The notes under the pieces: generated by a model
What the model was told of the DNA's origin: nothing
The model's database searches: none
Seen by the model: only the letters and a program-made list of their open reading frames with translations
Source: Octopus vulgaris
Taxonomy: Eukaryota
Length of the DNA stretch: 64,000 nt
Direction of reading: 5' to 3'
NCBI GenBank assembly: GCA_951406725.2
Contig: OX597835.1
Location: 2,666,001-2,730,000, forward strand
Program-made: the position numbers and the translations under genes
In this document: positions 45,231 through 57,409 of the stretch, piece by piece
How positions within the stretch are numbered: the stretch's first letter is position 1
How the letters are laid out: each line of letters opens with the position of its first letter

Positions 45231-45327
45231 AAAAAATACGGAATGCTTCACGGATTTGCTGCTGTCCTTGCGCAGGGGCCATGCTAATCTTCTCTGTAAC
45301 GTTCCAATTTTAGAATATGTACCGCCG
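45231..45327 (-). pseudogene. RNU6: U6 snRNA-derived copy, 5'-truncated or diverged
   Basis: The reverse complement reads CGGCGGTACATATTCTAAAATTGGAACGTTACAGAGAAGATTAGCATGGCCCCTGCGCAAGGACAGCAGCAAATCCGTGAAGCATTCCGTATTTTTT. The ACAGAGA box and AGC triad are intact, the 3' side of the ISL is altered, and the first ~10 nt are missing. Confidence 0.92.
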
Positions 45328-45381
45328 TATTCACTATGATGCAAGCTTCCAATTCAAATTCATAATAATGAGAGTGAATGT

Positions 45382-45808
45382 CGCAGGAGTGGCTGTGTGG
45401 TAAGTAGCTTGCTAACCAACCACATGGTTTCGGGTTCAGTCCCACTGCGTGGCATCTTGGGCAAGTGTCTTCTTCTATAGCCCCGGGCCGACCAATGCCT
45501 TGTGAGTGGATTTGGTAGACGGAAACTGAAAGAAGCCTGTGGTATATATGTATATATATATATATATGTGTGTGTGTATGTGTGTGTGTTTGTGTGTGTG
45601 TTTTTGTCCCACTAGCATTGCTTGACAACCGATGCTGGTGTGTTTACGTCCCCGTCACTTAGCGGTTCACCAAAAGAACTGATAGAATAAGTACTGGGCT
45701 TACAAAGAATAAGTACCGGGGTCGATTTGCTCGACTAAAAGGCGGTGCTCCAGCATGGCCGCAGTCAAATGACTGAAACAAGTAAAAGAGTAAAAGAGAG
45801 TAAAGAGA
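45382..45808 (+). mobile_element. SINE family A, young, near full length
   Basis: CGCAGGAGTGGCTGTGTGG through to the AGTAAAAG tail. Confidence 0.9.
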
Positions 45809-46208
45809 GAAAGTGAAGGGAATCTGCAAAAGCAGTGAGAAAAGCTACGTGAAGTAGAAGCGAACATTATACCCCAGTGACGCAACGTTCTTCATGAGTT
45901 CAATGACGTAATTTTCTTACAAGGAAGTTTTCATTTAGAAACATTTGTGAATAGAGCCATACATGACAGCGAGCACTCTTTATCTACGCAGCATCCGCCT
46001 TGCCCATCATTGATACACAAACTTACAAAATATGAAAAATGTCATTTCTGCTCAATTCCCTGGCTTCAATATTTCAATTTAATTACTTGCTCGGACAGCA
46101 AAAGGCGAATCAAATCAGGCACCAACGAAGACACAGAACACATTCCAAGAGTATTTTTCCTTTAATTCAATACGCCATGTTTCATTTTATTCATTATTTA
46201 TCTGTCCC

Positions 46209-46420
46209 AGGTGGTGAGCTGGCAGAATCGTTTGCCGCCGGGCAAAATGCTTTGTCAGATTTCGTCCGTCTTTACGTTCTGAGTTCAATTTCTACCGAGA
46301 TCGACTTTGCTTTTCATCTCTTCGGGGTCGATAAAATAAGTACCATTTGAACACTGGGGTCGAGATAATCGACTTTCCCTCGCCCTCAGAATTGATGGCC
46401 TCGTGTCAAAATTTGAAACT
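46209..46420 (+). mobile_element. SINE family B
   Basis: GGTGGTGAGCTGGCAGAATCG...GGGGTCGATAAAATAAGTACC. Confidence 0.8.
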
Positions 46421-47519
46421 ATTATTTATCTTTCCCATTCTGGAGCCATTTCTTTAAGATTCAGGAAAATTTCATATTAGCAACAAACTGACGTCTTAAA
46501 AGTACTTGAACATTAACAGCGTCTGAACACTAGAACTGTAGCTGGAGGGTTTGTAATATTAATTCTACGCAAATTTCATTGAAAGCTATATATTATTCAG
46601 TCATTCAATAACCTTTACTACTACGTTTCTATTTTCTCTCGTTTCAACCAATTTAGAAGTTGGCTCTACTTTCTGCATCTTCCTTTTCACATGACACTGA
46701 TTCAGACTGCAGCCATAAGCAAGAGAAATTGCTATTTCTATAAACACCATCAAAGACGGTTGTGGAGACAGAATCACCATACTGCTTCATTCCTTTATCA
46801 TTCATTTTCACTTTTCTGTTTCAGAATTTAGTTTGCGTTTTATTATTGTTCTGTGACAATGAATATTCAACAAATTCTAAACGGAATTCAAGCCATGAGA
46901 CATCTTCACTTGGACCGTGTGTGTCACTCTCGTCCACCTTTCAGTCGATTTGTTGGAAGTTAATGCTTCCCTATTCACCCTTATTTTCTATTTCGAGTGA
47001 AACTTGTATAACGATGAAGGTATTGATGATGATGTTGATGGTGGTGGTGGTGGTGGAGAGGATTTCTTCGGCAGTATATATGCATGGACTGACATGCTAA
47101 AAACGGTAATCAAATCTTTGTTCAGTTCCACCATACCGTCTTAATGAAGAGAAGAACATTAATATTGTCGATGCAGATTCAGTCTAAAAATACGGTCGGT
47201 CTAAGTTGGTCTGCTTCATCGGGATTCGCCTCGAAACCAATACTAACAAGAGCAACTTCAACAACATTGATTTGTCTTTGACAACCATGTATCGAAAGAC
47301 CACCAAATATTATCGGTATATATAGAAACAAGTTATGAGGCATGAAATAACTAAGAGCTGGCTTCTCAGAATAGCGTAAATCCAGAAACGCATTTTCTTA
47401 ATATTCTACTCTGAAATTGTTTTACACTTTCGCCAACACTTGGCCATCTTCATCGTCATCAATATATATTGATATATTATATCGATATATTATATTGTCA
47501 TCGATATAATCTCTCTCCC

Positions 47520-47636
<117 letters not shown>

Positions 47637-48829
47637 ATCTGTCCATTTCTCTCTATTTCCCTCTCCCCCTCTCCCTGTCTCTCTCGCTTTCTTTCTCTCC
47701 GTTGCCATAAATTAATATCAGAAAATATTTCAGTACCTTGCTTCTATCTCCAAATATTTGGAGAAAAATACACTTATATAATTCCAATCAATATCTCAGA
47801 ATGAGTAATCGAATTATAATTTTATCATCGTCACACGCCATTTTTTCGTGAAATAATGTAGTGTAACTATCGCAATGAGATAAAACAGTTATCAGCATTT
47901 AACCTTAGTTCCAATATTATTTTATTGTTGTTGTTGTGTCTAATGTCTAACTGAACTTCCCAGTGTTGTCTTAAACATCTGGAATTTGATAAAATGTCTT
48001 CCCTTGTATGGGCTGATCCCGCCTCCATTCTTGATAATTATTTGGCATTATCACGAATTGCTTTCACACATATGACAATTATTTTCACAGTTTCGGAACT
48101 GTCGTTCCATATTGATTGCTATGTTGTTTGTGCTTGTGCGCTGGTAACACGTGCGAATTAAGTATGTGATACTTTTTTTTACCAAGTGGTGAGATAAACG
48201 TAAATTTGTTAAAAGTCATGCTTTAGCGTTTCTGAGAAGGTGGGAGGAATATATTTCTAGGTGTTGTTGAAGTGGATACAAGCGGAACAAGACGTTTTTT
48301 TTTTACCATATAGATAGGTGAAATAGTATAGATAAATAAAATGTCAATAAAACTGAGGTGGCATGAGTTGTTGCAGTGCAGTGAACAAATGTAAAGACTG
48401 TGGGTTCGAGTTGGCAATTTGGCAGCAGAGAAAATGACTAATTACTATACAAATTCACGCAGAATATCCAAAAGTATTAGAATTAATTGCAGCTATTGTA
48501 TTTGGGGTGGCTGCTTCTGATGGTGGTGTTGATGTTGTGGTGTTAGCAGTATTGAGAACTTCTTTCAACAGGCATTTGTTGAGATTAGAAAGACTGGAGA
48601 TGATTAACGTTTCCACAGTAGAAGAATCCAAGCCTTCCCTCCGATACCGCCAACTGCAGTTTCTGGCCTCCAAGGATCACTATTAAGATGTCCACTGCCT
48701 TAATGGTGTCTATTCCATGCCGTACGGCGCCTCACTTCGTTCTTAGAGGGTTCCAATAAATTATTAGTGTTTCTATGAGAGAATCTTGCTCGATCTTCGT
48801 TTGACCGTTTGCTGTTTCTGGAGGAAGGG

Positions 48830-49330
48830 ACGCGATGGAATTGGCTAACCACGATCCTGCTTACAAACTCAAATTGGCTGAATCGTAGAGAAAGTGAGAG
48901 AGCGCGAGAGGGAGGAGGAAGAGAGAGAAGCGGGAGAGAGGGAGTAGGAAGCTGAGGGAAAAAGAGGGAGGATAAGGGAGAGTAAGGGAGGTGGAAGGGA
49001 AGAGGGAGTTTGAAGAAAGAGGGAAATTGAATAGAGAGAGAGAGAGAGAGAGGAAGGAGAGAGCGGGAGAAGCAAGACGGAGGGAAGATGAACAGAGAGA
49101 GGAGGGGATGCAGGAGATACTGAAGGGTGAGAAAGAGAGAGAGGGGAGCACATAAGAGGATATTAGAGCGAAACGATTTCCAATTGGCCGCCTCTGCCGC
49201 CGCCGCCGCCCCGGCGTCCCCGATTCCTTCTCGAAAGCATGGAGCTGACGTGACATTCCTAAGATTATAAGAAACCTGATACACTTCAGCTTGTGGCAGC
49301 CGTGATTAATTTCCAATGGAAACACTTTTG
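48830..49330. promoter_or_regulatory. Promoter-like island
   Basis: Four CCAAT/ATTGG boxes (~48840, 48873, 49181, 49313), a (GCC)n CpG-rich patch at 49187-49222 and a CRE-like TGACGTGA near 49246, next to about 1 kb of repeat-free DNA. Confidence 0.4.
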
Positions 49331-49515
49331 ACCCGATTACAAGAATCCGTTTAATGCAACGTATTTGCTTTCCTTGTGTATTGGACTGTTTGGGACGTCA
49401 AACTAGAATCTAACCTTTTAAAGAATTCCTTTGTTACTCTGGACGGCGTTTGTTTGGACTCTGGCTAGCTTTTGCTTTAGATTCACAACCATCTTGTTTC
49501 CCCGCACCCACCTTA

Positions 49516-49724
49516 TTTCTAGTTGGTGCATAATTATTGCGACTTGTTTTTTTTTTCGATAATATTCAGGAGTGGCTGTATGGTAAGTAGCTTGCTAACC
49601 AGCCACATGGTTCCGGGTTCAGTCCCACTGCGTGGCATCTTGGACAAGTGTCTTCTGTTATAGCCTCGGGCTGACCAATGCCTTGTGAGTGGTTTTGGTA
49701 GACGGAAACTGAAAGAAGCCTGTC

Positions 49725-49772
<48 letters not shown>

Positions 49773-50202
49773 GTGTTTGTCTGTGTTTGTCCCCCTAGCA
49801 TTGCTTGACAAACGATGCTGGTGTGTTTATGTCCCCGTTACTTGGCGGTTCGGCAAAAGAGACCGATAGAATAAGTACTGGGCTTACAAAAGAATAAGTC
49901 CCGGGGTCGAGTTGCTCGATTAAAGGGCGGTGCTCCAGCATGGCCGCAGTTAAATGACTGAAACAAGTAAAAGAGTAAAAGAGAAAGAGTAAAGAGTAAA
50001 AACGATAATATGTAACAAAAACATCTTTAAATGTTTATTCCGGAGCATGTTCACCATCTACTTCAATTACTGCTTCCCATTTGCTTGGCAGACAGTCAGA
50101 CCGTCATTTAAAGATGTGTTTATTAAATATTGTTATTGTTTTTTCTTGAATAAAATTTGTTGAAAACAAAAAAAAAGCCGCAATAATTATGCACCAACCC
50201 AA
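49516..50202. mobile_element. Mariner-derived MITE interrupted by a SINE
   Basis: TIRs GTTGGTGCATAATTATTGCG and CGCAATAATTATGCACCAAC (Hsmar1/MADE1-like). Confidence 0.8.
49566..50002 (+). mobile_element. SINE family A with 9-bp TSD
   Basis: TSD CGATAATAT at 49557-49565 and 50003-50011. Confidence 0.9.
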
Positions 50203-50234
50203 TATTTCTTAAAATATTTCCTCCTTTTTCAATC

Positions 50235-50645
50235 TTTTCGTTTCCTTGTTTCAGTCATCTGACTGCGGCCATGTTGGGGCACCGCCTTGAAGGGTTTTAG
50301 TCAAACAAATCGCCCCCCACCCCCACGCCATTGACTAATTTTTAAAATTGATACTTTAATCTGTGTGTTCTTTTGCCGAGCTACTAAGTTACAAGAACAT
50401 AAACACACCAACACCGGTTGTCAAGCGACGGTGGGGGGACAAACAGGCGCATAGACGCACACACACATATATATCTCTATATACGAGAGGCTTCTTTCAG
50501 TTTCCGCTTATCAAATCCTCTCACAATGCTTTCATCATCTCGAGGTTATAGAAGACACTTCATCCAAGGTGGCACGCAGTAGAACTGAACCTGGAACCAC
50601 ATGATTTAGAAGCAAACTTCTTACCACACAGGCACGCCTTCTCCT
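50235..50645 (-). mobile_element. SINE family A, diverged
   Basis: Family A tail and head motifs on the minus strand. Confidence 0.75.
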
Positions 50646-51129
50646 ATCGAGATAATGGAATTCTTTACTGCAGATTCCTGCTGTTAGTAATTTACCATTT
50701 CTTCTCCTTTCCCAGTCTGATATGAAAATAGCCCCTCATTTGGTTTTAGCATTCGATTATTATTACTTTCGAATTCAATTCTGTGTTTAGCATTAGCTAT
50801 GGCACTTAAACTCCTAAAATTCCTTTAATTACTAGTTACGCTTGATTGCTTTACTTTTAGTGATTACCAAAAATCAAAAAAAATCTAATGCACTTTTCGA
50901 CAATCACTCCCAGATTTCATACACACACACACACACACACACATGAACACACCCGAACACACACGCATACACACACACACATTATCTCCTTTGTTTTCTC
51001 CCACGTTCATTCTTTACAAATTAAATTCGTCAACGTATCACTGGAATTATTTCTAACGTTTACCATTTTAGACGAGCTAAATACACTAAATACATGTCCA
51101 GTTTTTAAGTCTTTCTATGTTTTTCATGG

Positions 51130-51182
<53 letters not shown>

Positions 51183-52000
51183 TACTACTACTACTACTAC
51201 TAGTTGTAGTTGTAGTATCACCATCAGCCTCATTATTACCACTACTACTACTTCGTAATTACTATTACGTTACTTAAGATAATGACTATTTTCGCAATGT
51301 CTTCGGCTCACATTTTTTTTTTCCTTTTTCCTTCATTTTACTTTCACATATCAAACGATTCCTTGCAAACCAATTAGTTTAATGTTTCATTCAGTTAAGC
51401 GTTTGGCTTTTTCTCACATACACTGAGGATTTTTTTCTTTTTAAGAAGAGAAAAAAAAGATGTGTACATTGCTTTATTCTGACAGAAGTCGTGTTGTACT
51501 GGTGGCCGATTGGTCAAAGCGATTACTAATCCTTTTATGGCAAAGAATTAATACCGTCACCAGTACAACGAACAGAATGTCGTGCGATAATCATTTTAGT
51601 TCGTCGGCCTCTAAGAACAAGTTCCGTCAACATCAGCTTCGTCTTGCATCGTTTAGGGACCGATGATAAAATGTTTAAGTATCCGGGACGACCGATTCAC
51701 AGACACATTGTTTTCGATTCCATCCTGCTGAAGGACAAACGTTTTTCACTATGGTACCAAGCTAACAATGCCTTGTGAGTGAATGTGTAAGGCAAACACC
51801 ATAAACAGCTCGTCCTATGCATGTGTGTGATTGTGTTATCTGACAACCAGTGTTGATTTCTTTACGACACTAACTCACTGGATCGGTAAAAGGGAACGTC
51901 AGAATAAGTACCAAGATTAATTAAGTACTTGGAAAGATTAGTTCAGCTAAACCCTTCAAGATGGAGCCCCAGCAAAACCACAATCCAATGACTGAGACAA

Positions 52001-52065
<65 letters not shown>

Positions 52066-52066
<1 letters not shown>

Positions 52067-52255
52067 TAATCCAAACAAGAAAGCACAAAAAAACACAACA
52101 ACGCGAGGACGTGGAACAAATATAGTATTATTGGACGCTCAGGAAAGAAGGAGGGCGTAACGTTTCGAGCGGAGCTCTTCGTCGGAAACATAGGAGAAGG
52201 AAAGATCCAGAGAAGGGAAGACAGAGGGAAAAAATCGCCACGGTGCACATGCGAT
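52066..52255 (-). mobile_element. PLE terminal fragment with minimal hammerhead variant (52155-52190)
   Basis: The reverse complement reads GTTT-CCGACGA-A-GAGC-TCC-GCTC-GAAACGTT. TA repeats flank the fragment. Confidence 0.6.
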
Positions 52256-52982
52256 ATATATATAGCAGCCACTTATAGAAATTTTCCAATCAAACAGACA
52301 ATGCACATTCTTATCTCTATTTCGTTTGCCAACATTATAAAGCGGGTAGATATACAGACGTAGAGGTTGATTTCATTCTTAAGAACGTGAGAGTATTAAA
52401 TTTACTCCCTGACTGTAGATTTTTTCACTTTGTAATTTAGATCTGTCAGTGGGGAGGGAGATTTTTTTTTGGGTTGGATGGAGACAAAGAGTTTTTCTAT
52501 TTATAGATATCGGAAGGGGTAGAAACAAATGTCGAAACCAATAAATTTATTCCTATTCTGAGGAACCCAGCCCAGATACATTTGAATGCAGTATAGCAAA
52601 AAGCTAGTATGTTGAGGTTAGAGGGGTGGGGGAAGATAGACTATTAGTGTTCCAGAGGTTTTAATGTCTACTACCGTTTGACATCCAGATTCTACATTAA
52701 GAAATTTAAGTAAATATTCTTTAGACAATTTCAAAAATCTGAAAGATGTATCAACCAAATCATCTTCTGCTGTCTACGATAAGAGCATGTTGGTTAGGGA
52801 TGGTCATCGATGGAAATATCATTGACCATAGATTTGTTTAATCAGGTCTGATCTGGGACTAAATAACAACAGCAACAGCAACAACGTTATTACCAAGAAC
52901 GGCTGTTACTGCTATAACTCACAAAATGAAGGAGCGTAAACATGGTCCCTGCAGGAAATAACGACCAAATTTCAACCGAAAC

Positions 52983-53331
52983 CAGGAATTTTCAACAATT
53001 TTTTTTTATCTATGGGTCCCTATGATTACTATTTTATTCTGGTGGACTCCATAACCATTCGATGTCTAAAAACTAGTTTTATAGAAACTGATTTCAAAAT
53101 TCCTATTTCGTTTTGAACACATTAACTTGTGAAGGTTCAACTATGTAAAATGTTAGAGAAAGAATTCTAGCTGTTTCTTGCTATACATACCAATACATAC
53201 ATCTAAAGCAAATTTCTTTTCAGGGGACCTTAAAATATTGCGGGTCCCCAATTTTCTACCTTGCTGCGTGGACCCTCAAAAATCTTATATGTACCCTCAG
53301 GAGCCAAATGAACCCCGGTTGAGAACCATTG
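52983..53331. mobile_element. hAT (Charlie-like) MITE
   Basis: Ends CAGGAATTTTCAAC ... GTTGAGAACCATTG with subterminal GGACCC motifs. No TSD seen. Confidence 0.55.
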
Positions 53332-53593
53332 ATCTCCATCCAGTGTCTTCAAAGTGGAAGAATCCAATGGATAATATATATGGACATATACATTGGTCGG
53401 GTTGTCAATGTGTGGAAAATCTTTGGTTGTGGGCTGATGTCAGTCCTAAATGATTAAACCTATGTTCAATAAGTTCTTTCCGGCTACGACCATCCCATCA
53501 AAATTCTTATGCGCACGGGACCCAGAAACACGTTGGCCTGCATGTCCTTTTCTTTCTAAAATCGTATGTAATTTAAGGGAAATTTATCTGTCA

Positions 53594-54162
53594 GGCGGCG
53601 AGCTGGCAGAAACGTTAGCACGCCGGGCGAAATGCTTTGCGGTATTTCGTCTGTTGCTACGTTCTGAGTTCAAATTCCGCCGAAGTCGACTTTGCTTTTC
53701 ATCCTTTCGGGGTCAATTAAATAAGTACCAGTTACGCACTGGAGTCGATATAATCGACTTAATCCGTTTGTCTGTTTTTGTTTGTCCTCTCTGTCTTTAG
53801 CCCCTTGTGGGTAGTAAAAAAATAGAAATAGGTATTTCGTCTGCCGTTACGTTCTGAGTTCAAATTCCGCCGAAGTCGACTTTGCCTTTCATCCTTTCGG
53901 GGTCGATTAAATAAGTACCAGTTACGCACTGGGGTCGATATAATCGACTTAATCCGTTTGTCTGTCCTTGTTTATCCTCTTTGTGTTTAGCCCCTTGTGG
54001 GTAGTAAAGAAATAGAAATAGGTATTTCGTCAGCCGTTACGTTCTGAGTTCAAATTCCGCCGAGGTCGACTTTGCCTTTCATCCTTTCGGGGTCGCGTCA
54101 CTGGGGTCGATGTAATCAACTTAATCCCTTTGTCTGTCCTTGTTTGTCCCCTCTACGTTTAG
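53594..54162 (+). mobile_element. SINE family B with its body tandemly triplicated (190-bp period)
   Basis: GGTATTTCGTC recurs at 53641, 53831 and 54021. Only one head, GGCGGCGAGCTGGCAGAAACG. Confidence 0.9.
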
Positions 54163-55579
54163 TCATTTCTATTGGTGGAGCAACAGACTATGGGCTCTTT
54201 AACATATAACACTTGCAATAAATTGTATCAACCGTCAGGAGAGAGAGGGAAATGTGAACTCGATCCAATAAACAACCTGATAAATTCGTGGCTGTTTATG
54301 AAAACAAAGTACTTCCTTTCGTTTCGACTTTATAAACGACTGAAATGATCGATCGATCGATCTAGATCGAGAGTAAATGAGATTTCAACGAGACAAGACG
54401 AAAAGCTAGCGTTATCTTGCTTTTCATTATCGTCATCAGCATCATCACCACAAGCATCATCGTCATCATCATCATCATCATTGTCATCATCATCATCATC
54501 ATCATCTTCTTTTTCTTGTTGTTGTTCTTTATCATCATCACCATTATCGTCATCAGCATCATCACCACAAGCATCATCATCATCACCCCACCATCATCAT
54601 GATCATGATGATGATCATCATCATCAGCCTCACCACAATCATCATCACCACTATCATCATCATCATCATCATAGTCATCGTTCTGCTCTAGTCTTTCTCT
54701 CCTGTTGTGGGGAGAATGAGTTTGTCTTGATGATATCGAATAATCTCACTTTCAGTTTCGGTTCATTGTCAACAGCAACAACAAAAAGAACAACAACAAC
54801 AACGATAACAACAAGCAGAACAGTTTCTATCAGGAATGACATCATCATCATCATCATTATCAAGATAATAATCATCGTCATCGTCATCATGAGCATCATC
54901 GTCAACCCCTTCCTCCTCTTCTTCTCTCCTGCCTCCTCGCCCCTCCCCTCCTGCCACCCCTCCTCCTCCAACTCTACTCCTCCACTTCTCACCTCTCCCT
55001 CTCCTCCTCATCATTCTCCTTCTCCTCATCATCACCATCATCATTATCATCGTTATCGTCATCATGAGCATCATCGTCAACCTCCCCTCCTCCTCTCTTC
55101 TCCCTCCTCTCTCCTCCCCTCCATTCTCCCCCTCCCTTATCCCTTCTTCATCCTCCCTCCTCCTCTTCGTCATCATCATCATCATCATCATCATCGTCGT
55201 CGTCGTCATCATCATCATACTCATCAACATCATCATCAACAACAACAACCACAACAACAGAATCAATAGCACCAACTTCCACGAGAAACAATATCCTCAT
55301 GAGGTAACAGCAAGAACCACAAGAGCACCACATTGTTGCCAAAATGGTGGTACTTACCAAAAAAAAAACTAGAAAAAAAGAAAAAAAAACAGAGAATTGG
55401 AATAGCAGAAAGGATCCAGCTATTGTTGCTGCACCGTGTTCCAATTCGGTGGTGCTTATTTGTAAATTTCAGTAAAAGACAGATTCATGAGATCAGAGAC
55501 TTTTGGGCGACAATTTGAGAAGATATCTGACACAAATATCACATTTCCCCCGATGGAAACTCGTAAAGAGGGGGCGGGG

Positions 55580-56200
55580 GGACAAAGATGACGGAGAAGA
55601 AGAAGAAGAAGAAGAAGAAGAAGAAGAGGAGGAGGAGGAGGAGAAGAAGAAGAAGAAGAAGAAGAAGTAGAAGGAGAAGTAGAAGGAGAAGATGATGATG
55701 ATGAAGAAGAAGAAGGGGAGGAGGAGGAGGAAGAAGAAGAAGAAGAAGAAGAAGGAAGAAGTAGAAGAAGGAGAAGATGATGATGATGAAGACGAAAAAG
55801 GGGAGGAGGAGGAAGAAGAAGAAGAAGGGGAGGGAGAAGGAAAAGAAGAAGAGGGGAGAAAGAGGCAGAAGAGGGGAAAAGGAGGAACAACAGATGGAAG
55901 AGAGGGAGCTGACGAAGGATGGAGAATAGGAATAAGAAAAGAAGAGGAGGAGAAAGAAAAAGAAAGGAAGAGGAGGAGGAGAAGGAAGTACAGGCGGAAG
56001 AGGAAGCAAAAGATGATGATGAAGAAGAAGAAGAAAAAGAAGAAGAAGAAGAAGGAGGAAGAGGAGGAGGAGGAGGAGGACAAGATGAGAAAGAAAAAGG
56101 GGAAGGGGAGGAGAAGGAGAAAAGAAAGGAAAGGGGGAGAAGAAAGAAAAAGAAAGGAAGAAAAGGAAGAGGAACACAACCACCACAAACAACTACAATA
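55580..56200. repeat. Polypurine (GAA/GGA) low-complexity tract
   Basis: Read directly. Confidence 0.9.
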
Positions 56201-56600
56201 GCAACAACAAGAACTAATTCATAAATTAATAAAAAAAACACATGAAAAACATATTGTGTTTTTCTTGGCAATAAAGGAAAAATAAGTCTATTAAAAGAGA
56301 GGAAACGGTTTGTGTGATGGCAATGGCTTGGGTGAAGGAATATAAACAAAAGAAAGAAAGAAAGAAACGAGGAAGGAAAGCGGGCGAAAGAAAACAAAGT
56401 GGGGCAAAAGACAATTGAATAAAACATCAACAAAAAACAAAAAAACCCAGAAAAGTAATAATTAATCAAATGAAATGAAATATATAAAAAAAGATAATAT
56501 AATCAAATATGACGAAGAATCTCATATTTGAACATTGATATTGTGTTACTGGATTATTAAAAACGACAAAATAACACTCCTCGTATCACACTATTCTCCT

Positions 56601-56659
<59 letters not shown>

Positions 56660-57337
56660 GGTGGTGGTGTCTGAAAATGAAGTTAATATCGTCGTAGTAT
56701 ATATAGCGGTGCATTTAACGTGTCGCTTCCAATCGCCATATTTGAGCGCCGATAAATGCAGAGAGAAGAATTTGTTTCACCGTTTGTAATTATTGAAAAT
56801 CAGTTTTTTTATAATACGAATCCTTTTATGGTATGTATCCTCAAAAGGACCATCACTAACACACTGCTACCCTACCTAACTACTTCCCCACCTACCTACC
56901 TACCTACCTACCTACCTACCTACCTACCTACCTACCTACCTACCTACACACATACCTACATACATACATACATACATACATACATACATACATACATACA
57001 TACATACATACATACATACATACACACATACATACATACATACATACATACATACATACATACATACATACACACATACATACATACATACATACATACA
57101 CACATACATACACACATACATACATACATACATACATACACACATACATACATACATACATACATACATACACACACACATACATACATACATGCATGCA
57201 TACATACATACATACATACATACATACATACATACATACATAAACACATACATACATACATGCATAAATACTTAAAGATATACATATATGCATGCATGCA
57301 TTCTTAGATACATACACAAACAACACACACGCATATA

Positions 57338-57405
<68 letters not shown>

Positions 57406-57409
57406 TAAA

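Noticed and set aside
54481-56469. His-, Ser-, Glu- and Lys-rich ORFs
   Set aside because: Trinucleotide and polypurine low complexity, open in several frames.
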